Positions 1 through 12,410 of a stretch of 64,000 nt of DNA are shown here, one piece after another. Origin of the DNA: Epiperipatus broadwayi (Eukaryota; Animalia; Onychophora); NCBI GenBank assembly GCA_028023455.1, contig JAQFVV010000003.1, forward strand, positions 21,018,001 to 21,082,000, given 5' to 3'. Position numbers and translations under genes: made by a program. Positions within the stretch are counted from its first letter, which is position 1, and each line of letters begins with the position of its first letter. The notes below the pieces were generated by a model, which worked only from the letters and a program-made list of their open reading frames with translations, was not told the origin of the DNA and searched no databases.

Positions 1-98
1 TTTTAGTATTTGAACTTTTTATGAATTCCTAAGCATTTGAATAATAACAATACCAAAAACTAGTTTTTCTAAGGCTTCAAATAAATTTTATTTTCCAG

Positions 99-190
99 AT
101 CCAACAGGAAAGGTGCCAGATTTGATCAACTTACTTATTAATGAAGTTTGACAAACCAATTCAGTCCCACCTATTACCACTATGCTTATC
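99..190 (+). mobile_element. Probable LINE (RTE/L2-like) RT N-terminal remnant
   Basis: Translates DPTGKVPDLINLLINEV*QTNSVP, resembling the L..L.N.IW.T..VP motif upstream of non-LTR RT domains, with TGA in place of TGG. Confidence 0.3.
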
Positions 191-347
191 AGTTTTAAAA
201 ATGAAATTTAACATCTTTTTATTTATATAGTAGTAACCACATACAAACCTAGAATTCATAATTAATAAACCAAGGATACCAAAAACATTAATGTGTTTTC
301 ATCTTGAGCTCCTAGCTTTATAGTTAACTAAATAAGAAAAACATGGC

Positions 348-555
348 TGCTGGAGGGTTGCATTAGGTCATTAGATCTAGGTGCAGTGCTCTCAGATCCA
401 AAGCTCCTCACTAATGAAAGTCCCAAACTAGAACTTTATCTGAGGATATTGGATGAGTAGGCACTAGATGGTGATTTTATGCACAAACCTTCCTGCTTCC
501 ATTGATTACTAAGGCTTGCACTGGGTGGCACTACTGTAAGAGTTTTTCACTGCTA
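348..555 (+). mobile_element. Hammerhead retroposon family B copy
   Basis: Aligns by eye to 33965-34125 (ctcagatccaaag...gatattggatgag.aggcactaga...ggcactactgta). Confidence 0.6.
404..447 (+). ncRNA. Decayed minimal type I hammerhead (family B)
   Basis: CTCCTCA CTAATGA A AGT CCCAA ACT A GAAC TTTA TC TGAGGAT. Stems I and II pair; the core carries mutations. Confidence 0.45.
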
Positions 556-1549
556 TTCTTAATAATTCCTGAATATTAAATCAATTGATTATTAGATTAT
601 TATAATTTAGTATATGCTGGAAGTATAAAACTTTTTAAATAAATTGATGTATGCATATTAAGTTTTTTTCTGAAAATCTGATTAGTCTACTATAATAACA
701 AGATGTTACAACTACATAATAACTTTTCATTATTATTTGTAGCATTTTGCTATTGATTGCTCGTTTCATAGTATATTTATTTCACCATCTCTATTTTAAA
801 TATACATCACAATATTTTTATGAATAATTTGTTAAAATTTATGACAAAGCTTTAAATATTATAATATTAGATTATTATATTGTGTATGTAGAAAAGCTAA
901 TTCTTACTGATGATGATCGAGAGTTATCACTGACTGCCTAGCTACTTAACTTGTTTTTAGACTTAGAACTTGATATACATATGTGAGAATTTGTGTGTTT
1001 TTTTTAATTAAAGTTAATGTTGGTTAAAGAAAGGTTTAAACTAGAAATAAATTGTCTTTGTGCCTTGGGTTGAAATTTTGACAAAGAAAAAGGCTTTAAA
1101 TTCTATTAAACGTATTGTGAAAATTAGAAAGTGAAATTGTAATTAAGTCTTTGTGATTTAGAATTTAGAAATTAATCTAATTTATAAATTGTTTTCTTTT
1201 TTAAAATGGTTTAAATAAAAATAAAAAAAATGTTAATTTTTTTAATTGCTGGTGATTCTAAATTTAAAGAAAAATGCAAGTTATTTTAGTATGCAGAGAG
1301 GTGAATTGACCAAGTCATTAGACAATTGCGATAGAATGAGCGTTGTGAAAAGTGATAAGAAATAAAAATTAACTCTTTTAAAAACGTTATGTAGAGTAAA
1401 AATGAAAATTATACATATTTTGAAGTGTATTATTTATTTTAAATCTGGCCGTTACATATTTTCAATTTTTTGGTTTTTTATCAGAACCTCTATTCTTTTA
1501 ATTCCATTATATTACAACTATCTAATACATAATTAATCTATTCGTTCAG

Positions 1550-1860
1550 TATACTAAATATTTACTATAGTAAATAGAAAGATTTTAACTCAGGATTTTT
1601 AATCTATATTCATCCACCACTTTAAGAAATTGCTATCCTAATATAAACCGAGCACTGGTTATATATATATATATGTGTGTGGGAGATTATACTCTGGCCT
1701 AACTGATGAGAGCTGGTTCAGCACAAAATACATATATTGGGGATCATTTATCTTTTTTATATGTGTGTTGTCGTGTGTATCGGTTATCAGAGATGTAGTG
1801 GAGAATGAATATAGACTGAAAATCCTGAGTTCAAATCCTTCTATTAACTATCTAATATAC
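1550..1860 (+). mobile_element. Hammerhead retroposon family A (diverged subfamily) with partial inverted arm
   Basis: CCTAA CTGATGA GAGCTGGTTCAGCAC AAAA TACATATA TTGGG at about 1698-1741. About 1550-1620 is the reverse complement of about 1795-1865. Confidence 0.6.
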
Positions 1861-1919
1861 GTATACATATGTATAAATAATATAAAACTCATAACGGGGT
1901 GTATATTTATATAACATTT

Positions 1920-2600
1920 GAAGTATGTTAGATATTTTAGAAATGGATTTTATATATGTTTACATTCAAGCTGCTTCATATTTTCAAAATAAAAAATTCA
2001 ATGTATATTTGCATATATTGGAGTGGTATAAAGTAGTGTCTTCTTCTTATATGATAGTAGAAGTTTTTGTTCGTATGGCATATCCCAGATACATGCTAGC
2101 CAAGTTAAACATTCCTGCTCTCCAAATTTTTTATATACTTCTATAAGCTAAATTACTTCCTATCCGCTGTTACCTAATCATTTTTGAGTCTTGATTCATC
2201 CCATCCCACCATTATTCAATTTTAATAGAAGTTGCTTTATTAAGGATAGTCTTTATTTTTCCCAATTTCATTATAAAGATCTAAACAAAAATCATTAAAT
2301 CTCTACCTTTACCACTTTCTTTATCTTTAAATTTTTTCCCTATTTCCCATACAATTTATTCTGATGTTTTTTCAATGTTTTATACTTCAAAAATAAGTGT
2401 TCAATAGTTTTTTCTTCCATTTGTGATAAACTACAGCTATAATCTAAATCTACTTTGTCTTTTTTCTTTTTGATATGCAGAGCCAGCCTGAGGAGGATGC
2501 ATACAATGCTATGGTATAAGCTCCTGAACCTGCAAGATCTACATCTTTTGAAAAAATCAAATAATAAATCAAAACATATTATCATTTACTAAATATAACT
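1920..2600 (-). mobile_element. Probable L1/Tx1-like LINE 3' remnant
   Basis: Minus frames give CSLSQMEEKTIEHLFLKY (like the C..C...ETIEHLF zf-RVT motif) and NNGGMG (like GGLG). Many stops. Confidence 0.3.
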
Positions 2601-3999
2601 ACAATTTCTTCTTGTTTTTGCCAAAACTGTAGTTTGTAGGTCTTACAATGTAAAGTAATACAGTTATAGATGTAAATTTGTACTTTTATTTTATACTAAA
2701 TAAGTACGACTTTTTGCAATTTTATTGAATCAATATTTGAATAAACAAAATATAATACTATAATGCAAAAAGAATTATATTTTATTTTCTTGTGTGTGTG
2801 TATATATATATATTGAAACAGTAAGATTCGTATTCGAATCTTAAGTTTCACCTTTTTCTGTCGTCTCTCACTGTGACCGGTCTATCCCGCCCAAATTTAA
2901 ACTTTTTGATATCGAATTGTGTGTGTGTAGCAATATTAAAATGTATAAATATATGTAGAATTCAGCATAAACACGCACACATTTCGATCTCAAATTAAAC
3001 GCAATAAATAGGGATAAAACAATATAATTTAGATTTCTTTTAGTTATATAATTTTGTATAATTTTAATCATTTATTTTGGATTATAAAGTTCGTATTTAT
3101 TGCTTTGTTTAAATTTCGTTTAATAATAATTCTAAAAAAATCTGATGTAATATTTAATTAAAAGTTAAAATAATCTTATGTTCCCTTTTTGTTTTTGAAA
3201 TTTAAAAGCATCGGTCAGTGATAGATAATAGATTAATTAAAGAAAAATTCCCCAAAAATGTAATTAGTAAATGTAAAATGTAAACAATAGAACGGCAGCT
3301 TTCTTTAATTAAAAACCAACTAAATGCATTGATTATCCTCAGGGCAGATTAAGTAGAACCTAAAAATATCTTAACAAAAATGTGAAAGATCAAGATAAGA
3401 AAAGAGGCCATCTTAGACTTGCTGGAGACATTCACTTAAACTTTAGCTTTGCTCTCGATCACTGAGAGTCTCCAAAAATATAAAATAATTTGTTCCTGCC
3501 AAGGTATGACCGAGTAAAGCACCTAGATTATTCTCCATCGGGAGATGGCCTATCGGATGCTGAACTTTCCATTGCCCGTCATAAATTCACCATGAAGATC
3601 TGCTGCCTGAAATAAATGAAAAAGCTGCTGCTGCTGTGAAATTAAATGAAATATCTAAATACAAGAAAGACTTGCCACTCGTGAACCTTTTGCTGCTAAA
3701 CTCATGGAATAAGAAAACTTCTTATAAAACAGGTACCTGTCTGTGTTCAAACTCTAGAGTACTCTAATAATATGCTATAGCTCTTCTTCATAATACTTAT
3801 CTAAATTATAAAATGTAAAAACTACCATATGTATAGCTAAAACTGAATAATTAACTTAATGTGTAAATTTCTCTACTAATCTAGCTTACCTCATTCTATC
3901 TTGGGTGCGTATTTCTATAATCTACATTTCTATCTATAGTTATTATTTAATTATTGCATGCTCATAATTATTTCAATTTTCAAAGTTTAAATCTATGAT

Positions 4000-5400
4000 C
4001 GCTTAAAACAATGAATGCGTGTCAAATTTTCATTAATATTTACTTTCTTTAATAACTTAACTTTCATATAAATCGACACGCATTCAATGCTTCATTTATT
4101 GTAATGCAGGGGTCTACAACTTCGCAAATGGCTGACGTATTAGTTATAATAATTCCCAATTTATATATATGTTTTGTATTTACTAAATCATCATGAATAA
4201 TTCCAGAAAATTACATTTCTTTGAGAGTCGCCAACGTTCTTTAATAAATGTTGATAATGTAGGACCGAGTTAGAAATCTGTTGAAATCTCATCATAATCG
4301 TTTATACAGTATACATGTGTTACGTTTTAGAGACGCGATGATCTATTCCGCCGTAAATATTCCGGATTCTTCAGGGTTGAAATTAACCCCCGTCATCCTG
4401 CACAAGCGGACATAATAAATGCTCCCATAGGATTTGACCTGTCATGCAGCCAGCTGGCAAATTGCGACACGTACCGCTTGTCCCTGGTTATGCTTATGTG
4501 ACACCTTACTTTGTCGGGCCGCGGCAGAGACCAGCCCGACAGTTTTATAAACTCATTCGCGGCATTGCAGTTTCAATATACTGCCATTCCATATCGCCTT
4601 TCTAAAGCGTACCACGTGTTCCTTTGCTCAATTCTATTATTCTATATATCACTCCGCCTCTGCATTATCTTCATAATTCACTCTCAAATAAATGTTTGCC
4701 CTTAGTCATAAAATAAATAGTTTAATTAAATAAATATATGTCCGCCGCTACTCTTAAATCTTACTTTAGACTCTTGCATTGCAAAGGTATAAATTCCCCA
4801 AGGCATGCATTAGAAATACTTACTCGAGAATTTTAGGTAGCTAGATTAAGCCTTCAAATAAGTGAATTCCCTTTGTAAACATTACAGTATCGGAAATACC
4901 GCTACTGAGTCCCCAATATAAAATAATGTGTAAATAAATAAATGTATTCTTTAAAATATAATCATGTTGCAAATCCCGCTACTGAAGCTGTTAGTCCATA
5001 AAATATTATTAATGATTGTTTTATTAAAATGTATTAATAAATAATTTTAAACTATACGTCTGCAATTACGTTTCATTTATTCGATACCCATTCTATATAA
5101 TATTTCCTCGATTATGTAAATATGAATGTTTAATTAATATTAGTTTGATTATTGGCTAACTCGAGAATAAAATCATGAGTCTCTTGCATATCCCTGACCA
5201 CCGTGCCTAAGGAAATATTTACTAATGTCGCATCAGATGCGTTGTTTCGTGGATTGTATTGTGGAACCGATAAACTATGTTCGAACTCAGTACCACGGGT
5301 GGCTTCGCTACTCGATGGTGCTGCTGTTCTGTATGGTGGTCGAATTCTGCACTATGTTTACGAGTCACACATTTTCTGACCATTACAATATATATATTTG
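4000..5400. promoter_or_regulatory. CpG-intact island: promoter-like region or young unidentified element
   Basis: High CpG density in an otherwise CpG-depleted window. AAATGGCTG (YY1-like) near 4126, CCGCTACT three times (about 4745, 4900, 4976), GTGAGT donor-like site at 5400. Confidence 0.35.
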
Positions 5401-5727
5401 TGAGTGTAAATTGTTTCAAAATAAATAAAATTTTCATTGGAATAAAATTCTTGACTTGATTTATATTAATTGGAAAGCAGTATATCTATATCTGCAAATA
5501 AAATAATATTTTTTAAAAATATTTGTTTATCATCATGTGAAAACATTACATTAAGCCCTGCTTTTTCTAAGAGCCTGTTTTGCTGGTATCTAAAGTTTTT
5601 ACACTTAGTATTGAGCTTTTTCTGGTGTTATCCAACATCATTTATATACTTTTAATTCGTATCTATATAACTCCAAACTATTTTTAATTCATATTTATTT
5701 TTTATAACTTTTCAAATCCTATTATTC

Positions 5728-5791
5728 AAACAGGCAAAACTCTCCATACAATAGTGCCCAAGCATAAGAAATGGTAATCATGTGATGTTTA
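5728..5791 (+). mobile_element. Internally collapsed family B element
   Basis: Left terminus (aaacaggcaaaactctccatac..tagtgcc) fused directly to the family B tail (aagcataagaaa..tcatgtgatgttta). Confidence 0.55.
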
Positions 5792-6610
5792 CTTATCCTG
5801 TCTATATAATTAAATACTATTTTATTAATCTAAATGTATTCATATTCCAAATATATTTTTATTTTCCTACTTATGAAGCAGTCCCCTCTATTTTTTTTAA
5901 TAGCCCCAAATGCTGTCCACAATTCACTACTCTAAACATATCTATCCACTTTTTTGTATTCTTTCTAAAAATTATGACTTTTCTGGTCAACATAAAGCAC
6001 CTCATTTTCAAATGTTAAAACAGGCACCATTATTATTGTTTAAATTATTCTACGGGCCTCATATTTATTATATAAGAAACATGCCAGATTTTTAATCAAT
6101 CCCATTCTCTTTTTTTTTAATTTCTTTCTCAACTCTAATTACCATCTATAAATTTCTTTTTTCCATTTAACAAAGCAGTTCCATTTCTTTTTATCCTTCA
6201 GCTTTTTTTTTTTTTTTAATGACTAAAATCTTAGATTTTTCTTGGCAATATTTCTACCTTTCTATATTTTGATGATAACTTCAAATCCTTTGCATTATTT
6301 GTGCATCACAAAAGATAAAATTTTTATATAGAAATCCTACCTATGCTTAATCTTTTTACCTCAACTTCCAATCCCTCTTACAAATAAAATAAATAATAAT
6401 GATGAGTGAATTTATTCCTGTTTAAATCAAATTTTAGATTTAGCTGACTTATACATATATGAGACATTATGAATTTAAAAAATAGTTTACGAAGAAACTC
6501 TTTTATTAGCTATGCTGAGTTTTTAAACATACCTGACTACAAATCAAAAAATTCTCGAATTTTAATTTATGTAAAACAAACTTTATTTGCTTTTAAGATA
6601 ATCGAATGCT

Positions 6611-6710
6611 GTCAAGCGTTGGTGGTCGCGTGGTCAGCACAGCAGCCTTACAAGCAATTGCCCCGGGTTAGCGGGTTCGCTTCCCGATCGATGCTATGAC
6701 ACATGAAAGA
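6611..6710 (+). mobile_element. 100-bp tRNA-Val(TAC)-like SINE
   Basis: A-box-like TGGTCGCGTGG, anticodon loop CTTACAA, B-box GGTTCGCTTCC. Perfect 16-bp TSD aagataatcgaatgct at 6595-6610 and 6711-6726. Second copy at 63584-63644. Confidence 0.8.
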
Positions 6711-7954
6711 AAGATAATCGAATGCTTTATTACTCGAGTTCATGGATTTAGATTCATGGATTTTGAACACTACCACTGCATTAAACCATGTGAGACCCTT
6801 ATTTCATTTGGAAGTGTGAATGTTTAAATACACACAATTAAATATAATGCTTTTTATAGCCAGAAAGCAATCACATATTTATATTATAGTCAGATGTTTT
6901 AAATACTTTAATATATACTTACAACTTTTTAATATAATAAATTACACAATTGATTTTTTTTATATTTTTACAAATTGTTTCGTATTTGAGCATAGACAAA
7001 CAAGTTTCAAGTAATTATATTCTTTAGAACATTAAATTAAAAAGAAGCCATGGCAAAATTAAATAGACGACATTTAAAATAATTGCTGAGAATATTTGTG
7101 AAAACAGGCTTGCTGCAAAATTAAAAAAATAAAATTCATACATGTTAATCCCGGCGGTATACATTTATGTTCTACTATTGATATTATGGTGACACTAGTT
7201 TTGCTTACTTTAACAATCAAAGTTTTTTGTTAAGTCTTTTAATTTTTTTCTAGATTGCTAATGTTTTCAAATATTCTATATATATATATATACTTTATCA
7301 TTATTACCATTTGTAATTATTATAAAACTGTGGAATGTGAAGTACTCTTCAAATTTAATGAAGCTTTTCTGATCTGTGATGAACTTTTATATTTCATTTA
7401 TCCATCTTATATTTGATATATTTTTAAAACTTTTGAAAAAATTAAGACTACAATTTACAACATTAGTTGTCAATCTATTTTCATCTTGTCTAGTAAAATA
7501 TTCAACCCAACTTTATATCAGCTCATTTGTTTTATTTTTTAGCCGTATATTCCACTTTTGATTCCTTCTAATTACTTCCAACATAAATCTCTCTATGTTT
7601 TGATGTATGATTTGATCTCTGTATTGCTATTCTATTAGCACTAGTAAAATATATTTATTTAAAACATCTTTTGAAACACATAAAAATTATTTATTTTAAT
7701 ATTAAGTTCTTTCTACTAAAAGCATTCAATCCAAATTTAAGTTTATAATTGAGGTGATCTGTAATGCTATTATATGTATTAATTAAATATTGATTTTATT
7801 CGTAATTTTAATTCTATTTTTTTTTTTACTTTTCTGGTAGCTATCATAACATTTTGTGAAGCTCTGAAGCACCATTTGCAAATAATTTTTACATCATATT
7901 CAATATATAAATGCTTAAATTAAATAATTTTTTTTCTTTAGGGAAATATGTATG

Positions 7955-9612
7955 TTCTAGTTTGCTTGGGTGTGTAGAACAATTGTCCTCAAAGCTGTGT
8001 ATTGTTATCAAATAGATAAATAAGAACGAACAAGCTTAGCACTTTTGAAGGGTCCCGCCTTCATAATCATAGCTTAACTGCTAATAAAATTGACAATATG
8101 CAAATTTATGCTGATTGTGCTAGACATTCCATTTTTTTTGATAAAATATAGCATGTGTCTTTCCTGTTTATGGCATCTTTGTCTCTGAAGAAGGCTTCCT
8201 CGACTTTTCTTTTGAGATCATGTCTTTCTTTGCACATGATTGTGGGGTTGTCTGGAATGCACTCATGGTAGATTGTCTTCTGGTGCTGAACTATATGGCT
8301 CCATCAATAGAGACATCAATCTAAAGTGTCAGAGATGAACTTATGGCACAAAAAAACACCCCAAACCTCAAGTAGACTTCATTCATGAGTTTCTATGATG
8401 ATTGAACAGCAATATTGTGGCATTCTTTAGAAATCAGTGGTTCTCCATGGAGCAAGTCTGGCTGATGGGCTTATCACTAAATATCATAATCACCAGCATC
8501 TTCCTGACAAAAAGATCATACCTGTTAAACCCTGTATGCTTACTAATATATACCAGATATGTGGATGACCTATTCATCGCCATCACCCCATAGGTCATCC
8601 CACAAATCAAAGTTGAATTGGAAACCAGCACAGCGCTAGTTGTAAATGTCACAATTGAAGATTCACTTCAGCAAGTTAAATATCTGGATGTTAACATACA
8701 AAGAGAAAACCATCATTGCCATTACAGCATGGCCACCAAACCATTGGAAATCAGGTGCTACACATGCCCTCAGTCTAATACAACAACTGAGCATAAATTA
8801 TCTGGATTATTATCTTTTTGCACAGAAGCATGCTGTTATATAGAGTTGAGGCAGACACCAAAGCAAATTTAACTAAATACAGAGATGATTTACTGAATTT
8901 GGGATTCAGGCAATCCATCATTGATAAAAAGAATCTTACACTTTCAGAATAAACAGTTTAACCCCCACATCAAACAAGATAAACCTAGATTATTGCTACC
9001 ATATGTCTCCAATTTACATAATAAATTACATTCTTTCCTCAATAACAGATATAAGCTTTGCTTCCACACACACACACACCCAAACTCCAACAACACTAAA
9101 TTCAAATTCCACTTTTACAGATCCCCCCATACAGTATACAATATTGCTTGATCCAACAATAACTGCAAGGCTCATACTATGGGGAAAGCAGAGCATCTTT
9201 GACTATGTGATTGGTACAATACAAATACTCATACAATAGAGCTCTCAATTAACCTTCCATCTATTCAGTTTTCTTTCAGCACAAAACACAAATCACATGA
9301 ATGTATTTCAGACAATGCCACAATCATGTGCAAAGAGAGACATGACCTCAAAAGAAAGTCAAGAAAGCCTTCTTCAGAGACAAAGATGCCATAAACAGGA
9401 AAGACCTATGTTATGCTTTATTAAGGAAATGCAATGTCTAGTATAATCAGCATAAATTTGCATATTATTAACCTTATTATCAGTTAAGCTATGATTATGA
9501 AGGCTGGACTCTTTGAAAGCACTAAGTTCATTCATTCTTACTTATCTATTTGATAACAATACACAGCTTTGAGAACAATTATGTTACAAACGCAAGCAAA
9601 CTAGAATAAATG
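7955..9612 (+). mobile_element. Penelope-like element remnant (family C) with inverted pseudo-LTR
   Basis: RT motif YTRYVDDLF (about 8545-8575), thumb and LLLPY linker, GIY-YIG-like TVYNI..C. About 7955-8320 is an inverted copy of about 9240-9612. Confidence 0.85.
9486..9528 (+). ncRNA. Variant or decayed minimal hammerhead in the PLE-C pseudo-LTR
   Basis: AAGCT ATGATTA T GAAGG CTGGAC TCTTT GAAA GCAC TA AGTT. The inverted copy (8032-8075) has GAAGG/CCTTC, GTGC and AGCTT, implying an ancestral GCGC palindrome. Confidence 0.45.
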
Positions 9613-9899
9613 TTTAAAGTAATTTCCATTTATCTGATTCATGTAACTTTTTATTTTATTCTACACAAAAGATTCTGAAAAATTCTGATATGTTTTGGAA
9701 AGATTAAATCATCTTTAGCAATGTCATATCATATGAAATCTTGTGTTGTATTTTGATAAATATTTTTAGAATTTAATAATATTGTAGGTTTGATATTTTA
9801 CAGACTCAATAGATGCCACAATGCATCTGGAACTTAATTTTTTTCATGATAAATCTCAACTCATACTCATTGGTAATCATCTGTAACTTCTTTTAATAT

Positions 9900-11000
9900 T
9901 TGGATTTGACCTACTGTATTTTAACTACATTTAAATCCAACATATTTGCAGATGATTTGTAATAATCTTAGCAAAGATTTGATATGAAACTGCCTTTCAT
10001 CTTTCAAAATATTAAAATCACTCTTATTTTTTCCAATTAATTAGTATATCTTTATCATTTAGACATTTTGCATTAGTCTTTCCCATCAATCTCTCTAGTT
10101 CTATATTTCAGAAATTGAAATTTTAGATTCTGTAATTGTAGGGACTATTTTGTTTTTGTTTTTTCTTACTATTTATCTTTTTGCATAATTCTTCCCTTAT
10201 TTTATGATGTCTTTTTTTTTAATAATAATGCTTTCTTTTATTACTGAAACATCTTTATTTCAAATGCCAAGATATTAACTTTATATTTTAAGACTTCTGT
10301 TTTCTTCCATTGCTTACCTTACATCTTCAGTAATTATTAACTTTATTTTATATGATTTTGCATAATTTCAGACATCCAGTTTTTTTTAATGATTCATTTT
10401 TAAATATTTTCATATTTCTTTCATTCTTGTTATCTTCTCTTGTTTTTATTGAAAAGTTATTTGTGAATCTTTTTGTACCAACTATCTGTGTAGATATTCT
10501 TTGTTCTTATTGATTTTATTCATATATAAACCATTTCAATGTCTTTAAGATTCTATTAATCATTCACAAGGAACAATTAGTTTGAATTCACTAGAATGTT
10601 TCTCAAAATTATGGACACCAACTGTTCCTACCATTTTTGTAATACATTTTGTCTCCTTACATTTGCATTAGCATATATATTATGTCTTACTAATTGATCA
10701 TCACTTCCTGTGTTAAATCTTTTAAGCTCTTTATAATCTTGAAATATATTTTTTATGTAAGTTTAAACATAATTCACCTCTGCTTTGCCTACATATAAAT
10801 TGCCTTAATGTAAATTTCAATTTTGGAAATCTTTCATAAAAATAATTCTTAATATACAGATTTTTTTAAAATTCCACAAACCCAAGTTCACTTTTAGTTT
10901 TGTCTCTATAATCAAATTTTATCAGAATTTTTATTTTTCATTTTTTTCCTTAATACTTTTAAAATGTAATTTGGTCTGACCAAAAATCTTTTGCACATCT
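9900..11000 (-). mobile_element. Decayed RTE/CR1-like LINE endonuclease region
   Basis: Broken minus frames resemble APE endonuclease segments (ELGFV; GTVG..NF). Many stops; boundaries approximate. Confidence 0.35.
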
Positions 11001-12129
11001 GTATAAAAAAAATCCCCTTTTTATCATACACACACACACATACACAAAAGGTTGATCAGCATAAACATAAATGATCTACATTTAATATCTTTACACAAGA
11101 TGAAATAATTAATCTTATCAATCTGTTGGATATATTCTAAACCTCCATAATATTCTACTTTCATATTTTATATAAATCCTATTCCATTTATGCTTTTAAT
11201 ATTTGTGTTTTTATGATCAAATATATGACTACTTTTCTAATGAATTATCTCTTAATTTTTTTTTTTACTTCACAAAATCTAATAATATTTCATTTAATAA
11301 TAGAAGTTTTCCAATGTGTGTAGTTTTCATTCTCTTAAAAATGATCTGTGATTATGGATAGTAAATTAAAAGTCATTAATGAATGGATATCTAGCTAAAC
11401 AATTCTTAGGACCCTTTGATTTCAGACAACAATTTTTTTTTAAGTAATGATATTACAGGATCTAAGAAATGGATATTATATGTATTTTTGTTAGGCATAA
11501 TTGTAAATATAAAAAGGAAAACCATATATGTAATAATTTTTATTGTTTCCAAAAAAACCTAACTGACGTTTTAGTTAAGAATTAATAAGCATTTGAGAAA
11601 ACAAATTTTGGTATTATCTTGATTTAAAACTTAATTAGATGACCATGATGGCTACCATAGGTTAGTGAATAACCTATCCATGATTATTTATCATGTAAAT
11701 AGTCATATGGTAGTAACAGCTTCTACAATATGAATATGAAATGAATATTAGAAATCTGTGTCACTTGTTTCCTCAATGAGAAACCAAATAGTCACTTTCA
11801 GTAAAGAGAAAATCTTATTTGTTTACATATTATATGGGGGGGGGTATATTTTAATTATTCCATGGTTGTTATTGATTACTATTATTATTATATCTACTGC
11901 TATTACTATTATTATTATGATTACTAATAGGAGTAATAATAATTTTAAAAGCAACTATATTAAATCCTTTGTATAATTTTATTATTGTGTGAAAATGATT
12001 TAATATGAAATAAAGAATTTATATTATATGAGCAAATCTTTTACGTGTTTCTATTAATAAATCACATTAGTATATTAATTACATTAATATATACATATGA
12101 TTAATATTTTGCAACGTAAAAATCTTGTT

Positions 12130-12290
12130 TTCACAGTGGTGTGGATAAAAAGATCAGACTCCAAATAACTGCAAAAATATCAGCAGGCGTAAGGGTCTGA
12201 TCTTTTGCCTTAACTTTCAATAATTTATGTGTGGAGTGGATTGAAGATTGTCCATTAAAGTATGAAGATTGGCTATCTTAATGTATGTCT
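12130..12290 (+). mobile_element. LINE RT remnant
   Basis: ISAGVRV*SFALTFNNLCVEWI resembles the GVRQGC.LSP.LFN RT motif. Confidence 0.3.
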
Positions 12291-12410
12291 GAGCCCTTGT
12301 TGCATATATGTGTAGAGATGATAGTCTGGACCAACAGGTGATTGCTGGTTTTGCATAAAACACGTTTATATTGGTGATTGTGAAAGTCTGTGCTCATATA
12401 CCCTATATAA
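12290..12410 (+). mobile_element. Family A copy, internally deleted
   Basis: gagatgatagtctggaccaa...tgctggtttttgcataaaacacgtttatattggtgatt followed by gtgaaagtctg.gctcatataccc. Confidence 0.55.

Noticed and set aside
99-151. Apparent terminal host exon (strong acceptor, DPTGKVPDLINLLINEV*, AATAAA at 264) and an overlapping minus-strand exon (IVVIGGTELVCQTSLI)
   Set aside because: Reading through the TGA gives a LINE RT-like motif (LINEVWQTNSVP). Neither peptide matches a protein I recognise.
900-960. CTGATGA as a hammerhead core
   Set aside because: No downstream GAAA and no stem I complement.
3422-3473. TGGAGAC...GTCTCCA hairpin as a miRNA or snoRNA
   Set aside because: Only 7 bp pair well; no H/ACA or C/D boxes.
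4440-4490. VRVAICQL (minus strand) as a nitrilase N-terminus
   Set aside because: An in-frame stop follows three codons later; no further nitrilase motifs.
12147-12205. 14-bp stem AAAAGATCAGACTC/GGGTCTGATCTTTT as an H/ACA snoRNA hairpin
   Set aside because: No H box, second hairpin or ACA; it overlaps an RT-like remnant.
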